Source of the DNA: a virus
Taxonomy: Duplodnaviria > Heunggongvirae > Uroviricota > Caudoviricetes
IMG/VR virus record: IMGVR_UViG_2518285548_000002
Coordinates: 1 to 64,000 of that record
Length of the DNA: 64,000 bases
Strand: one strand, 5' to 3'
Made by a program: the position numbers and the translations under genes. Shown piece after piece: positions 1 to 9,174 of this stretch (the first letter of the stretch is position 1; the number at the start of each line of letters is the position of its first letter). Under the pieces are notes generated by a model that was not told where the DNA came from, made no database searches, and saw nothing but the letters and a program-made list of their open reading frames with translations.

Positions 1-585
1 TTAAGCCAATTCTTCTTTAACTAGGATACGTACATTGAACTTCCCTTGCTCGTCTTTCAAGAAGCTACTGATCTTGTTGAAACGAGCCAACAGCTCATCT
101 CCACTGAATGTTCCATTGTAGTTGATCTTGATGCCCTCTGATGATTGCTCAGGGGCAATGCTCTCAAACACCGAGATGTTTACGGAGAATTCACCACCCT
201 CATCTTCCAAGAACCCAACGATTTTCTTGAACTTAGCTTCGAGGTCAGTTACATTAAACTCCCCTGCATAGCTTATTCCTAATCCCTCGTTGTTTAGTGT
301 TACCACGTTACTTTTGTTCTGACGTTGGACGCTATTGGCACCTATTGACTGTTGTTTACTTTTTGCATTACCTGGAACAGCCGTTTTCAGACCATGTTCT
401 TTAACTACCTTGTAGTACTGATGGGTTTTCATTCCCCAGGTGCGCTCAATCGTAGCGTTGTTGAACTTGTCTCTCCACCCTTGCAGTACTTGAGCACGTT
501 TTTCTTGTGGCTCAATCTTCATAAATTCCTCATATGGCATGATGTTCTCGTACATATTAGACACCTCAACTTTTCCTGGTTTCAC
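1..585 (-). CDS. hypothetical phage protein with two tandem ~45-aa internal repeats
   Basis: Complete ORF with stop at 1-3; repeated EF(N/S)V..L.A.F.KI..FL.DE.G.F segments. Confidence 0.5.
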   Translation of the reverse strand: MKPGKVEVSNMYENIMPYEEFMKIEPQEKRAQVLQGWRDKFNNATIERTWGMKTHQYYKVVKEHGLKTAVPGNAKSKQQSIGANSVQRQNKSNVVTLNNEGLGISYAGEFNVTDLEAKFKKIVGFLEDEGGEFSVNISVFESIAPEQSSEGIKINYNGTFSGDELLARFNKISSFLKDEQGKFNVRILVKEELA

Positions 586-804
586 GAATTTCCTATCTTG
601 AAGGGGAATCGTTTTGACTTAGCCTTATGAGAGATTAGGAATTACTTCCAATCGGTTTATTTTCGTTAACGTCATCCTCAACAATTTTACTGATCGGTTC
701 CCCGACTGACACTGATTTCGACCCTTCCAAGGAGTTTATACGAAATAGTATACACTTGCCCAAAAGAAAAAGGAAGTGGAGTACCCACTTCCTCTCGGAA
801 TAAT

Positions 805-2295
805 CTATACAATCTGGCTTTGGAGTCTCGCGCGAATCTCTCCTAAGCTCTCGTCACGAAGCAACTTACCGTCAAGGAACACTACTTCGAGCTGATCGAG
901 GTGCGCGATCTCGTTATAATCCTCACGGAACATTCCGTCAACATACTTGAAACCACCGTTACCGTCAGACATTACAGCGACCAAACCTCTTTGGGATTTC
1001 TTAATGCCACTGTCTGTCTTAGGGTCTTTGTAGATTAGCTGTTCCTGACCGTTAATAACTACTTGAGTGGCTTTCATAGCATACATGAATGTGTCACGGG
1101 TGTTGTATTGGTAGGTGAAAGAACCGATTCCAAACACTACGTTTGTAGAAGCAAACCCCTTTGCCATTAGAAGCTTACTGATTTCCTCAGCGCGGTCGAG
1201 AGTAATGGAGTCTCCGTAGATAGCTCCAATATGAGGGTCGAGCTGTTTGTACCCCCTAGGTGTTAACGAGCCATTGAAGGTATCCCATAGTACTTCGATC
1301 AATCCCTTGCGAACGATCTCATCCTCCGCATCAGGGTCACCACATAGGATAAGAACAGGGTCTCCTGAGTCAGGGCGAATAACCACTCTACCGTCACGAC
1401 CCATGATCTCTTTTTTAAGGGAAGGGATAACCTCTCCCACAACATGCCAGAAGTCCCACGTATCACAAACGATAGACGCGAATCCTTCGGGATATACCTC
1501 TGTAATCAATCGTTTAATTACAGTCTTTTCATCCTGCCCATTGGCACACATTACAGCGTGTTCGGTAGCAGGAATAGAGGTTCCCACTAATTCCTTCTCG
1601 ATGTCTGCGTTATAGTACTTCTCAAGATAGCCGATAGCGGGGCAGGTGTCCGTACCACTAAAGGATAGAAGATGACCTGCACCGCTTGAAGCCGCCGCTG
1701 AACGACCTGCCATACCACGCATAGAGAAATCATGACCTTGGAATTGTACAGCGTTCAGGTCGCCCCCTGTCAATTTTGCATACTTAGTCAGAATCTCAAG
1801 GTATTGGAAGGCAATCGTAGCACTCGTTGACGGCATCCAAACTTCGCAGGACATAACTGTTTCGATGAAGTTTGTAAGCCAGTAGAACTCTGGTAAAGTG
1901 TTCTCTACTGTAACTACTGGAACTCGTATCTCAGCGCGACTACCTTCTTTCAAGGCTTTGATCTTCAGCGGCAGGTATCCTAGGTCATGGAGAGCGGCTA
2001 TACGTGAACAGTCAGGATTTGTGTGACCTAATGTATGACGAATAAAGCGAACATACTCAGCGATCACAGCTTCCTTCGGGCGGGCGAAGAAGTTGTCATT
2101 GAAGTAGTTAATCAAGAAGTCCTTAATGAATCCCTGTACCCCGAACACCACAACTTTATTGATACCTGGATTGCGGCTACCACGAGGAGTCCATGTGGAG
2201 AACACATACTCTGTTCCTTCAGGGTACTGCTCGGGGTGAGACAGTTTATAGAAGTCACACATGAGTTCAGGCGGGAAGTTATTGGTCGTAGACAT
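805..2295 (-). CDS. nicotinamide phosphoribosyltransferase family protein (NadV / Namat-like)
   Basis: NAMPT-family motifs (DFYK, GTDT, ATEHAVM, IRPDSGDP, YGDSIT). Start taken at internal ATG MSTTNN (2295), which has an AAAGGGG RBS and sits 1 nt after the HAD gene stop. The ORF-track upstream extension to 2535 is unlikely. Confidence 0.85.
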   Translation of the reverse strand: MSTTNNFPPELMCDFYKLSHPEQYPEGTEYVFSTWTPRGSRNPGINKVVVFGVQGFIKDFLINYFNDNFFARPKEAVIAEYVRFIRHTLGHTNPDCSRIAALHDLGYLPLKIKALKEGSRAEIRVPVVTVENTLPEFYWLTNFIETVMSCEVWMPSTSATIAFQYLEILTKYAKLTGGDLNAVQFQGHDFSMRGMAGRSAAASSGAGHLLSFSGTDTCPAIGYLEKYYNADIEKELVGTSIPATEHAVMCANGQDEKTVIKRLITEVYPEGFASIVCDTWDFWHVVGEVIPSLKKEIMGRDGRVVIRPDSGDPVLILCGDPDAEDEIVRKGLIEVLWDTFNGSLTPRGYKQLDPHIGAIYGDSITLDRAEEISKLLMAKGFASTNVVFGIGSFTYQYNTRDTFMYAMKATQVVINGQEQLIYKDPKTDSGIKKSQRGLVAVMSDGNGGFKYVDGMFREDYNEIAHLDQLEVVFLDGKLLRDESLGEIRARLQSQIV

Positions 2296-2296
2296 A

Positions 2297-2740
2297 TTAG
2301 GTAAGCCCCTTTTCGATTTGGGATACTGCTTCAAGCAGTGCGTAATAAGACGAGTGCAAACCTGCTCTGTCGTCAAGCAGGATGTTGTAGTATACCTTGC
2401 GACCACCAAACGGGGTGAAGTCCATGTTCTCATTGATCTTGTCGTAAGGAATAAGATTCTCGTGAAGGTACTCACGGATGTCATCGTACTGACCTTCATG
2501 ACAGCAGGTAAACACGATGAAGTGGGCACCTGCACGTTTGCACCGTTGAAGGAGCGAGATCACGTCATTGTACTTATCCCCTCGCTTATGGAAGTCGAAT
2601 ACGGTGTCATCGAAGTCGTAGGCTATAATTATCTTGCCATGCTCACGCCATTCCTTCAGAAGACGCTGAACTACGTTGTACTGGTCTAGGAAGAAGTCAG
2701 CCACTAGATCATCTCCGTTACTTGGATACTGCTCTCCCAA
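2297..2740 (-). CDS. HAD-superfamily phosphatase
   Basis: DxDxT motif (IIAYDFDDTV) near N-terminus; translationally coupled between the Prs-like and NAMPT-like genes. Confidence 0.7.
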   Translation of the reverse strand: MGEQYPSNGDDLVADFFLDQYNVVQRLLKEWREHGKIIIAYDFDDTVFDFHKRGDKYNDVISLLQRCKRAGAHFIVFTCCHEGQYDDIREYLHENLIPYDKINENMDFTPFGGRKVYYNILLDDRAGLHSSYYALLEAVSQIEKGLT

Positions 2741-3534
2741 ACCTCAGGGATTTCGATTAGCAGTGTGTTGGTGGTGTACACCTTGTCGATCAGATCGGAT
2801 GTGAACACACTGCCCTTGAAAATGGAGTCCTCAGCGTGGGTAACTAGGAGGTATACCTTATCCGCGCCGACATCACGGAGAGCGTTAGAACTACGGATGA
2901 AGGTGTTACCGTAGGAGCAAAGGTCATCAACAATAATAGCCTTGAATCCTTTACCTTCGACAGAGCCAACCAATTGGAGTTTGTCAATCTGCCCTGTCTT
3001 GAAGTCACGCTCTTTAAACCCTACCAGTTGCTTAAACTTGGTGAAGTGCTTGCCATACCGCTTCTGAGCACCCTGATCGGGGAAGAATAGGTAATCCTTT
3101 TCAATGTCGAAGTTCAGGTCTGCCATGACTTCGTGTAGCAACCTGGTTGTAGGGTAGAGTGCTACACTACGATCAAGGAGAGCCATAGTCACGTCCGAGT
3201 GCGGCTCGATCACCGTGACATACTCAAAATTCATGCCGTTAATCATATTGGCTACATACTTTAAGGTAAACACAGAGTTCCCTTCTACCCTATCCATCCT
3301 GCTGTAAGGCATGTACGCGATAGTTAGGTTGGTTGTGAAATAATAGCTATCCAAGAATGATTTAACGAACAGGAGCTTCAGAAGATCGCTATCGTTCTCA
3401 TACTTGAGAGTTACTTCAACTTCTACCTCTCTTGATTTGAATTTAAGAAGTTCGATAATTTGTTCCCCGTCAACCAAAGTCTCCCCGTTAGGGAAGACTT
3501 TGAAGTTGAGGGGGGTACCGTTCAATTTAATCAT
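2704..3534 (-). CDS. ribose-phosphate pyrophosphokinase family protein (Prs / Adps-like)
   Basis: PRPP-synthetase-like fold motifs incl. IIVDDLCSYGNTF (cf. Prs DD..DTGGT PRPP-binding loop); 276 aa, shorter than canonical Prs. Confidence 0.8.
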   Translation of the reverse strand: MIKLNGTPLNFKVFPNGETLVDGEQIIELLKFKSREVEVEVTLKYENDSDLLKLLFVKSFLDSYYFTTNLTIAYMPYSRMDRVEGNSVFTLKYVANMINGMNFEYVTVIEPHSDVTMALLDRSVALYPTTRLLHEVMADLNFDIEKDYLFFPDQGAQKRYGKHFTKFKQLVGFKERDFKTGQIDKLQLVGSVEGKGFKAIIVDDLCSYGNTFIRSSNALRDVGADKVYLLVTHAEDSIFKGSVFTSDLIDKVYTTNTLLIEIPEVWESSIQVTEMI

Positions 3535-3557
3535 AAAATGGCTCCCCCTTTATTTGC

Positions 3558-3785
3558 TTACTTACCAAGACCTTTAGAAGTACCATACTGTAGCTTGTCA
3601 TCAAACGCCTTCAACTGCTCAGCGATTTCATCATGAACCAAACCCCACCCAAAGGAGAATACTTCCTCCGTGGTTTCGCCCTTCGCAGGTACCATACGAA
3701 CACCCGCTGTCGGCTTGTAGTTTTGATAATTAGGTAGAGATTTAGTGAATGTTGCTTCAACGTACACTTCGGTTACTTTAGGCAT
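3558..3785 (-). CDS. hypothetical protein
   Basis: ORF in same operon, overlaps next gene start by 13 nt (coupled). Confidence 0.5.
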   Translation of the reverse strand: MPKVTEVYVEATFTKSLPNYQNYKPTAGVRMVPAKGETTEEVFSFGWGLVHDEIAEQLKAFDDKLQYGTSKGLGK

Positions 3786-4069
3786 GGGTGAATCCTCCTC
3801 GGATAGTAGATGATGTATTTACAGAGCGATAACTTCTGCTTATGAGTGATGTAACCAACTAGTTGGTGGTGGTTACAGATACTTTGTACGAGTCTGTCAA
3901 ACCCGTCCATTTGTCCTGAAAGCTCTTTGGAAGCTCGGTAGAGTATGCGTATCCTCCTAATCAATTCATCTTCCTGTACAGCCATTAGTTCATCCATTGG
4001 GTCATCAGGTTGATCGAAATAAGCATCCATCATGGCTTGCTCGTAGTAGTAATCAGCGATCTCACCCAT
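3773..4069 (-). CDS. hypothetical protein
   Basis: ORF, packed in minus-strand operon. Confidence 0.5.
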   Translation of the reverse strand: MGEIADYYYEQAMMDAYFDQPDDPMDELMAVQEDELIRRIRILYRASKELSGQMDGFDRLVQSICNHHQLVGYITHKQKLSLCKYIIYYPRRIHPCLK

Positions 4070-4503
4070 CAGAACTTATCCCTAACACATTTGTCGAGGA
4101 AGGTTTCGCTCATAACGTTGTAGAACGGTGTACCGTTTCCTTTGATAACCTCAACGAAGTAGGTGAAGCTGTTATTCACCCCACACAACTGAGGTGATAT
4201 GCTGACAACCTTCATGGTACGGCTAGACATAGGGTGATCGAACTGGTCTCCTACATGGTACTTAGGACGAGGTACCTTAGCTAGATCATTTAGATCGACC
4301 AGTTGATGCAACTCACTTAACGGATGCATCGAAGGTCGATCATGGTCGCTAATTTTTAGCACAACGTAGTCCTGACCTTCAATCTTCATAAACGATACAA
4401 TCTCGTACTGGACAAACGTAGTAGAGCTACGGTAAACGTCTTCAGCTTGGTACTCAGTACCTTTGTAATAAACACTCATGGTTGTTTTAGCCATGGTTAG
4501 TTT
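4069..4503 (-). CDS. hypothetical protein (start trimmed to internal Met)
   Basis: ORF-track version overlaps upstream gene by 200 nt; internal MKLTMAK start removes overlap. Confidence 0.45.
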   Translation of the reverse strand, partial: KLTMAKTTMSVYYKGTEYQAEDVYRSSTTFVQYEIVSFMKIEGQDYVVLKISDHDRPSMHPLSELHQLVDLNDLAKVPRPKYHVGDQFDHPMSSRTMKVVSISPQLCGVNNSFTYFVEVIKGNGTPFYNVMSETFLDKCVRDKF

Positions 4504-4912
4504 CATCTCCTTGCTCAATAGGTAGTGGATATGTGCAGTCTTGACAAAGCGCTGTGAACTCGCCAGTTGTATTACAATGACACCGTTCGCAGAATGTGAC
4601 TGGTAGTAGGTTCCCAAAGTGGTGTAATTCTCCGTGAGTGTCCCAAATATTAGGATAGGGCTTGGTCTGTATCTCGATAACCTCACCCGTCAGCTTGTTA
4701 AGGCAGGGACGGTTAATTGAGAACCAGGAGTAGTAGTCCTTGGTTGAAAGGACACTATGGGAATCGAATCGGTACAGGATGTCGGTGCCCTTGAAGCGTA
4801 ACAACAAGGGCATTAGCTCATCCTCGGTGATCTCCATAACCTCTCCCCACCTTCCTGCAAATCTTAGGGAGTGGGCGGGGAGGACAAACACAAGGTCACC
4901 GACATTAATCAT
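4487..4912 (-). CDS. hypothetical protein, Cys-rich C-terminus
   Basis: CERCHC..C..C cluster suggests Zn binding. Confidence 0.5.
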   Translation of the reverse strand: MINVGDLVFVLPAHSLRFAGRWGEVMEITEDELMPLLLRFKGTDILYRFDSHSVLSTKDYYSWFSINRPCLNKLTGEVIEIQTKPYPNIWDTHGELHHFGNLLPVTFCERCHCNTTGEFTALCQDCTYPLPIEQGDETNHG

Positions 4913-5379
4913 CCTTTGACCGCCGATACAATCAGACGAGGAGCATCATACTTCTCAATCCAAGCATGAGCCTTCAGTGCTTCAAGGTCGATTTCACCAC
5001 GCTCGATATACTCAGAAAGCACCCCTTCATTGACAACCTTACGAACCTCTATAATGGATTCCACCACTTTGTATGGGAGGTTGGCTTCAAGAAACTCTTT
5101 GACCTTCTCCATATCGAAGTTGGATTTATCAGGCGTAGAGTAGGAAGCTCGGAATCCACCCCAGTCAGCCTTACGCTTTCCTAGCTCTTGCAGACCCTTT
5201 AGGATTAGACCCTTGTTTACCTTGAGCCACTTCTCGTCCTGCTTCTTGCGCTCGTTACGGAAATGATACTCTTGTAGGGTTTCTTCACCTACCGAAGATT
5301 GCTGAGCGAATACATCCTTTTCTGCTTCAACCTCAGAGGAGGTTTCTTTACCTAAAACATGATTTGCTAGTGAGTTCAT
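4909..5379 (-). CDS. hypothetical protein
   Basis: ORF with RBS AAGGGAGATGAG; first gene downstream of promoter-like motif P1. Confidence 0.55.
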   Translation of the reverse strand: MNSLANHVLGKETSSEVEAEKDVFAQQSSVGEETLQEYHFRNERKKQDEKWLKVNKGLILKGLQELGKRKADWGGFRASYSTPDKSNFDMEKVKEFLEANLPYKVVESIIEVRKVVNEGVLSEYIERGEIDLEALKAHAWIEKYDAPRLIVSAVKG

Positions 5380-5399
5380 TTGCTCTCATCTCCCTTCAC

Positions 5400-5432
5400 T
5401 TTCTCTATACGAAGTCGGATAAGAGCAGTTAA
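5400..5432 (-). promoter_or_regulatory. promoter-like motif P1 (TTAACT-N17-TATAGAG, minus strand)
   Basis: rc of 5403-5408 = TATAGA, rc of 5426-5431 = TTAACT, exact 17-nt spacer; ~20 nt upstream of gene start 5379. Confidence 0.5.
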
Positions 5433-5445
5433 GACCTGCATAAAA

Positions 5446-5480
5446 AAAGCCGCTCTTTAAAATCGTGAGCGGCTTTTTGG
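5446..5480. terminator. bidirectional rho-independent terminator
   Basis: GCCGCTC-loop-GAGCGGC hairpin flanked by A7 on one side and T5 on the other. Confidence 0.6.
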
Positions 5481-5533
5481 GCGGGCTATGTTGATGACCT
5501 TCTCCCAAAGATATTCTTACCAAACTTCTTGCT

Positions 5534-5562
5534 ATTGACTAATGACACAAATGTGGGTAATT
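5534..5562 (+). promoter_or_regulatory. sigma-A-like promoter (TTGACT-N17-TAATTT) with downstream palindrome TTTTGATCAAAA
   Basis: Hexamers at 5534-5539 and 5557-5562; palindrome at ~5583-5597 could be an operator. Confidence 0.4.
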
Positions 5563-5656
5563 TATCGTATTACTGTCAAAAATTTTGATCAAAAGTTCAA
5601 TAATGTTTAACTGTTATCTTAAATGTTAAGACTGTTATCAAAATGATTAATGGGAG

Positions 5657-5863
5657 TTGATATTTTTGATCGGCACTCTAACAAAGAATTTTCAGGGTAG
5701 ATATGCCTTACCTAACGGACAATACTTTACAACAGGTGATGAAATTGAGGTTAAGCTAGATATAACTTGGATAAAAACAAGCGTACATCATGACTTAAAA
5801 GATTATTACCTAGTTGATTATCCAAATGTTCCAATGAAAGGATTATTGGCAAGGAAGCCATAA
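5657..5863 (+). CDS. small hypothetical protein (TTG start)
   Basis: GGGAG RBS 5 nt upstream of TTG; lone plus-strand gene in minus block. Confidence 0.45.
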   Translation: MIFLIGTLTKNFQGRYALPNGQYFTTGDEIEVKLDITWIKTSVHHDLKDYYLVDYPNVPMKGLLARKP

Positions 5864-5878
5864 TTCGTGTTCTGATCA

Positions 5879-6145
5879 TTAGGTACCTTTTTTAGGTCGA
5901 GTAGAAATCTCCTTTTCTCCATCGGGAAGTCCCCCAATCACTTCGTTATCTTTTAGATATTCAAGGTCATAAATAAAGTCATGCCCACAGGTTGTGTATT
6001 TGAAGTTAGGCATTTCAGTAGAGTAGGGGATGTAGTCGTAGTAAGATATTTCATCACACTTCCTGCACCACATCCATCTTCTTTTATGCCCCTCAGGAAT
6101 AGGGGGGACATCAGGAAGTTTTACTTTACCAATAGGTTTAGACAT
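5879..6145 (-). CDS. hypothetical protein (CxxC..C.H)
   Basis: ORF. Confidence 0.5.
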   Translation of the reverse strand: MSKPIGKVKLPDVPPIPEGHKRRWMWCRKCDEISYYDYIPYSTEMPNFKYTTCGHDFIYDLEYLKDNEVIGGLPDGEKEISTRPKKGT

Positions 6146-6149
6146 TTCA

Positions 6150-6350
6150 CTACCTCCATAGTTGTATTTCTCTGTTTGTAGCCCTTTTTACAGATGGTTT
6201 ATTAACGGGGGTATCCTTTCCATCGAAGAGGTACCACCACCCACATTCACTTACTTCAGCTATCCTGCCGTAGCCGTGACGTTGACAAAAGCCCCACTCA
6301 CCAACTCGCGGTTTACGATATTCGTTTAAGTCAATAACCTTCATCAGCAT
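6150..6350 (-). CDS. hypothetical protein
   Basis: ORF. Confidence 0.45.
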   Translation of the reverse strand: MLMKVIDLNEYRKPRVGEWGFCQRHGYGRIAEVSECGWWYLFDGKDTPVNKPSVKRATNREIQLWR

Positions 6351-6375
6351 AACCTTCTTTCATAATGAAACCGCC

Positions 6376-6582
6376 CTATAAAGGACGGTTATTCAGCCAG
6401 TTATTGAAGTGCTTCACGTCTTTTATGTCAACACAGTCGTCTATGATTGTGATTTTATCAGGATGAACTTCATTATATTGAAGGTATACCGCGTAAGACT
6501 CCATGTATATTACAGCGGCTTGATCTGATTGTCTAAGGAAGTTTTCTGTATTTGTGACTTTGTTCAAAATTCTAACCCCCAA
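6376..6582 (-). CDS. hypothetical protein
   Basis: ORF. Confidence 0.45.
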   Translation of the reverse strand: MGVRILNKVTNTENFLRQSDQAAVIYMESYAVYLQYNEVHPDKITIIDDCVDIKDVKHFNNWLNNRPL

Positions 6583-6751
6583 TTACAATTGTATCTGAAG
6601 CTCTAATCCAACGGGCGACATAACCAACCACGGAATATCTCATGGTACCCAAAATGGACTCAGCTTCCCCTTTAACGAGTAAGCCTTGACCAATCTTATT
6701 TCGGTACCGTGCTCCTTTACTGGTCGCACCCGTTATGAGCACGGTTTTCAT
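6572..6751 (-). CDS. small ORF (59 aa) MKTVLITGATSKGARY..., ATGA-coupled to helicase stop
   Basis: Not in ORF track (<60 aa); ATG overlaps TGA of SNF2 gene; N-terminus resembles a Rossmann TGxxxG motif. Confidence 0.35.
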   Translation of the reverse strand: MKTVLITGATSKGARYRNKIGQGLLVKGEAESILGTMRYSVVGYVARWIRASDTIVIGG

Positions 6752-8607
6752 GTAATCATCCTTTCATCAATACCTGCAAGTGACGCTATGATCTGCTTCG
6801 CCACGCCAAGATCGAGGTTGTTGATTCCCTCATCAAGCATGGTTTGAGCCATGGCTTCTTTGCGCTGTAATGTCTCCTGAACATGCTCGTCAATCGTTCC
6901 CTCACACACAAGATAGTAGACCGTCACGGCGTTCTGCTGACCAATACGGTGGGCGCGGGAGAAGGCTTGCTCTACATAAGCAGGTGACCATTCACAGTCA
7001 AGGAAGATAACGTGAGTAGCCTTGGTAAGAGTTAGCCCCTCACGACAAGCAGGTGTACACCCGATGAAAATTTTGCAGTCATTGTCATTCTGGAATCGGT
7101 ATACTTCCTTCTGCCGATCAGATGTCATGGTCTCATCGAGTAGCTTCCTTTTCTGCTCCTCAGGCATGTCGTACCATTCCTGTCTGTACTTTTTCTTCAG
7201 GATACGTACAGCGGAGTTCTCTGTTTTACCGTTGGCATCCACGTCACCATGTATAACCGCAGGTTGGTATTTAGAATACCGTTTTTCAATAAGTTCAACC
7301 ATTGTGCGAAAACGGGAGAATATGATAACTTTTTCCTCGCCACTATCAACCAATTCCTCGATCATCTCATCAAGGGCAAGAAGCTTAGAGCTTGTGTTCT
7401 TACCTGGGGAAACCCCGATTAACTCAATAGAGTCTGTTACTTGCTGAAGTCGTAGTAGCTTGGTTAGTGCTGATGGAATCCTATCTAATGACGTATCCTT
7501 CAATTCCTCCGTGATCTCTTCCTTGACAGCCTGATACAACTTGGACTGAGTAGGGGTCATGCTAAGGTTGATCTTCTTAAATGCTACCTCAGGAAGCTCC
7601 TTGAGCTTGTCCTTCTTACGTCTTCGGAGCATGTTGATCTGAATAAGGTTCTTCAGCTCCATAATATTCTGATAACCCACAATTTCCTTACCATTGAAGC
7701 CACCCATGATAGCGTAGCGGGCTTGGAACTGCCACCAGTTGTAATCCGTTCGTTTACCGAATCTAAGGTAGTTGAAGGACTCAATAGGGCTGTTGGGGAG
7801 TGGTGTGGCGGTCAGAACATAGCGACTGCGAAAGTTAATTCTATGAATCAGGGAACCAATCTTACTATTAGGGTTCTTAATCTTGTGAGCTTCGTCCATG
7901 ACGCAGAATTGAAGTTCCCTATAGTTGTCTAATAGCTCAAGATTATGGATATCACATCTAAAAGTCTCGTAGGACATAATGATGACATCCCAATCTTCAT
8001 CATTGGTTAGTTGGTTGTACAGCTTGGCACGTTGATTAACCGTTCCCGCCATGACAACTGACTTGAGATTAGTGTGCATGTGTATCTCGTCACGCCAGTT
8101 AAATAGCAGACTAGCCTTCGCTAGGACAATTCCGCGCTTTAAATGACCAAGCTTCTTCTTAGCTTCGATGGCATTAGCTACCTGCCAAGACTTCCCGAGT
8201 CCCGCATCATCGGCTAAGATCAGGAAATCCTTGCTAACCATGAGGTTGAACCCTTTGACTTGAAATTCACCCCAAGGGCGTGTCTTGAACCCCCTATGGT
8301 CAATAATCTCTCCATGCTCGTTATAAGTGACTCCGTACCCAGGAACAGTAGGCTCAGAAGGGATGTCGTCTTCACTTATACCGCCGTTGCTTCTTTTTTC
8401 CTCGTCAGTCCAGTTGATTAGGAAGCCACCCATCTTACTTTCAAAATCCTCACGAAATGCGAGAGGGATAGCCCAAACCTTTTGAGCAGGACTGTAGATA
8501 GCCCCTTTAACTTGACTCATTGCATCAACTAGGGTTTTGACGGAGCGAAAAGAAGCCTTAATCCACCATTTACCATCATTGCCTTTAATCTTTTCAGCTC
8601 TTATCAT
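6748..8607 (-). CDS. SNF2-family helicase
   Basis: Walker A DDAGLGKS, DEAH box (VMDEAHKIKN), C-terminal helicase motifs; RBS AGGAGGTG. Confidence 0.85.
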   Translation of the reverse strand: MIRAEKIKGNDGKWWIKASFRSVKTLVDAMSQVKGAIYSPAQKVWAIPLAFREDFESKMGGFLINWTDEEKRSNGGISEDDIPSEPTVPGYGVTYNEHGEIIDHRGFKTRPWGEFQVKGFNLMVSKDFLILADDAGLGKSWQVANAIEAKKKLGHLKRGIVLAKASLLFNWRDEIHMHTNLKSVVMAGTVNQRAKLYNQLTNDEDWDVIIMSYETFRCDIHNLELLDNYRELQFCVMDEAHKIKNPNSKIGSLIHRINFRSRYVLTATPLPNSPIESFNYLRFGKRTDYNWWQFQARYAIMGGFNGKEIVGYQNIMELKNLIQINMLRRRKKDKLKELPEVAFKKINLSMTPTQSKLYQAVKEEITEELKDTSLDRIPSALTKLLRLQQVTDSIELIGVSPGKNTSSKLLALDEMIEELVDSGEEKVIIFSRFRTMVELIEKRYSKYQPAVIHGDVDANGKTENSAVRILKKKYRQEWYDMPEEQKRKLLDETMTSDRQKEVYRFQNDNDCKIFIGCTPACREGLTLTKATHVIFLDCEWSPAYVEQAFSRAHRIGQQNAVTVYYLVCEGTIDEHVQETLQRKEAMAQTMLDEGINNLDLGVAKQIIASLAGIDERMIT

Positions 8608-8626
8608 GTCAACACCTCCTAGTTGC

Positions 8627-8655
8627 TCTATACGAATTAAGTATGGGTATGTTAA
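8627..8655 (-). promoter_or_regulatory. promoter-like motif P2 (TTAACA-N17-TATAGAG)
   Basis: rc 8627-8632 TATAGA; rc 8650-8655 TTAACA; 17-nt spacer; precedes helicase start. Confidence 0.5.
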
Positions 8656-8659
8656 ATTC

Positions 8660-8701
8660 TCTTTTTAAAAAAGAAAACCTCAAGTCCCTAGAGACTTGAG
8701 G
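8660..8701 (-). terminator. rho-independent terminator (overlaps last codons of 8680..9174 gene)
   Basis: CCTCAAGTC-loop-GACTTGAGG then T-run on minus strand. Confidence 0.5.
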
Positions 8702-9174
8702 TAATGTTTAACGTCAACACCCTGCTTTTTAGCACGGTAGTAGACTTTGTTGTATATGGACTGAGGAAGGGGAGGGAAGGAGCCATCATCTGCCCTTAGC
8801 TTCCTCAGATCTTTTTCGATGTCAATTGTACGGGATTTGTATTGAACCTTAAAACCCATGCCCTCAACTACCTCCTTAGGTGAGCCTAGTTCAAGGAGGT
8901 AGTTATATACCGTCCTGTATACTTGCCTGACCTCAGACAAGTCAACGATCTCTCCATAGTGGTATCTTAAAAACATCCTGATCTTCTCATATGATCTTAA
9001 AGTTTTTGAATCATCCAGTACCTCCACACCTTGTTCGGCAAGTGAGGGGGCAAGGTGCCCAAGATTGGACTTCAAATATAGGTAGAGGGGGTAGTTTCGG
9101 GGCTTGAGCGCACTAAAAATAACAATCCCATTTCGTTTATATTTGGAAATAATGTCTAATGAATGCATTAGCAA
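8680..9174 (-). CDS. hypothetical protein
   Basis: ORF. Confidence 0.55.
   Translation of the reverse strand: MLMHSLDIISKYKRNGIVIFSALKPRNYPLYLYLKSNLGHLAPSLAEQGVEVLDDSKTLRSYEKIRMFLRYHYGEIVDLSEVRQVYRTVYNYLLELGSPKEVVEGMGFKVQYKSRTIDIEKDLRKLRADDGSFPPLPQSIYNKVYYRAKKQGVDVKHYLKSLGT

Noticed and set aside
805-2535. N-terminal 80-aa extension of the NAMPT-like ORF
   Set aside because: Extension overlaps the HAD gene and has no RBS; NAMPT homology begins at the internal Met.
1247-2689. Three plus-strand ORFs (1247-1615, 2035-2304, 2261-2689)
   Set aside because: Lie inside or antisense to the NAMPT and HAD genes; no RBS.
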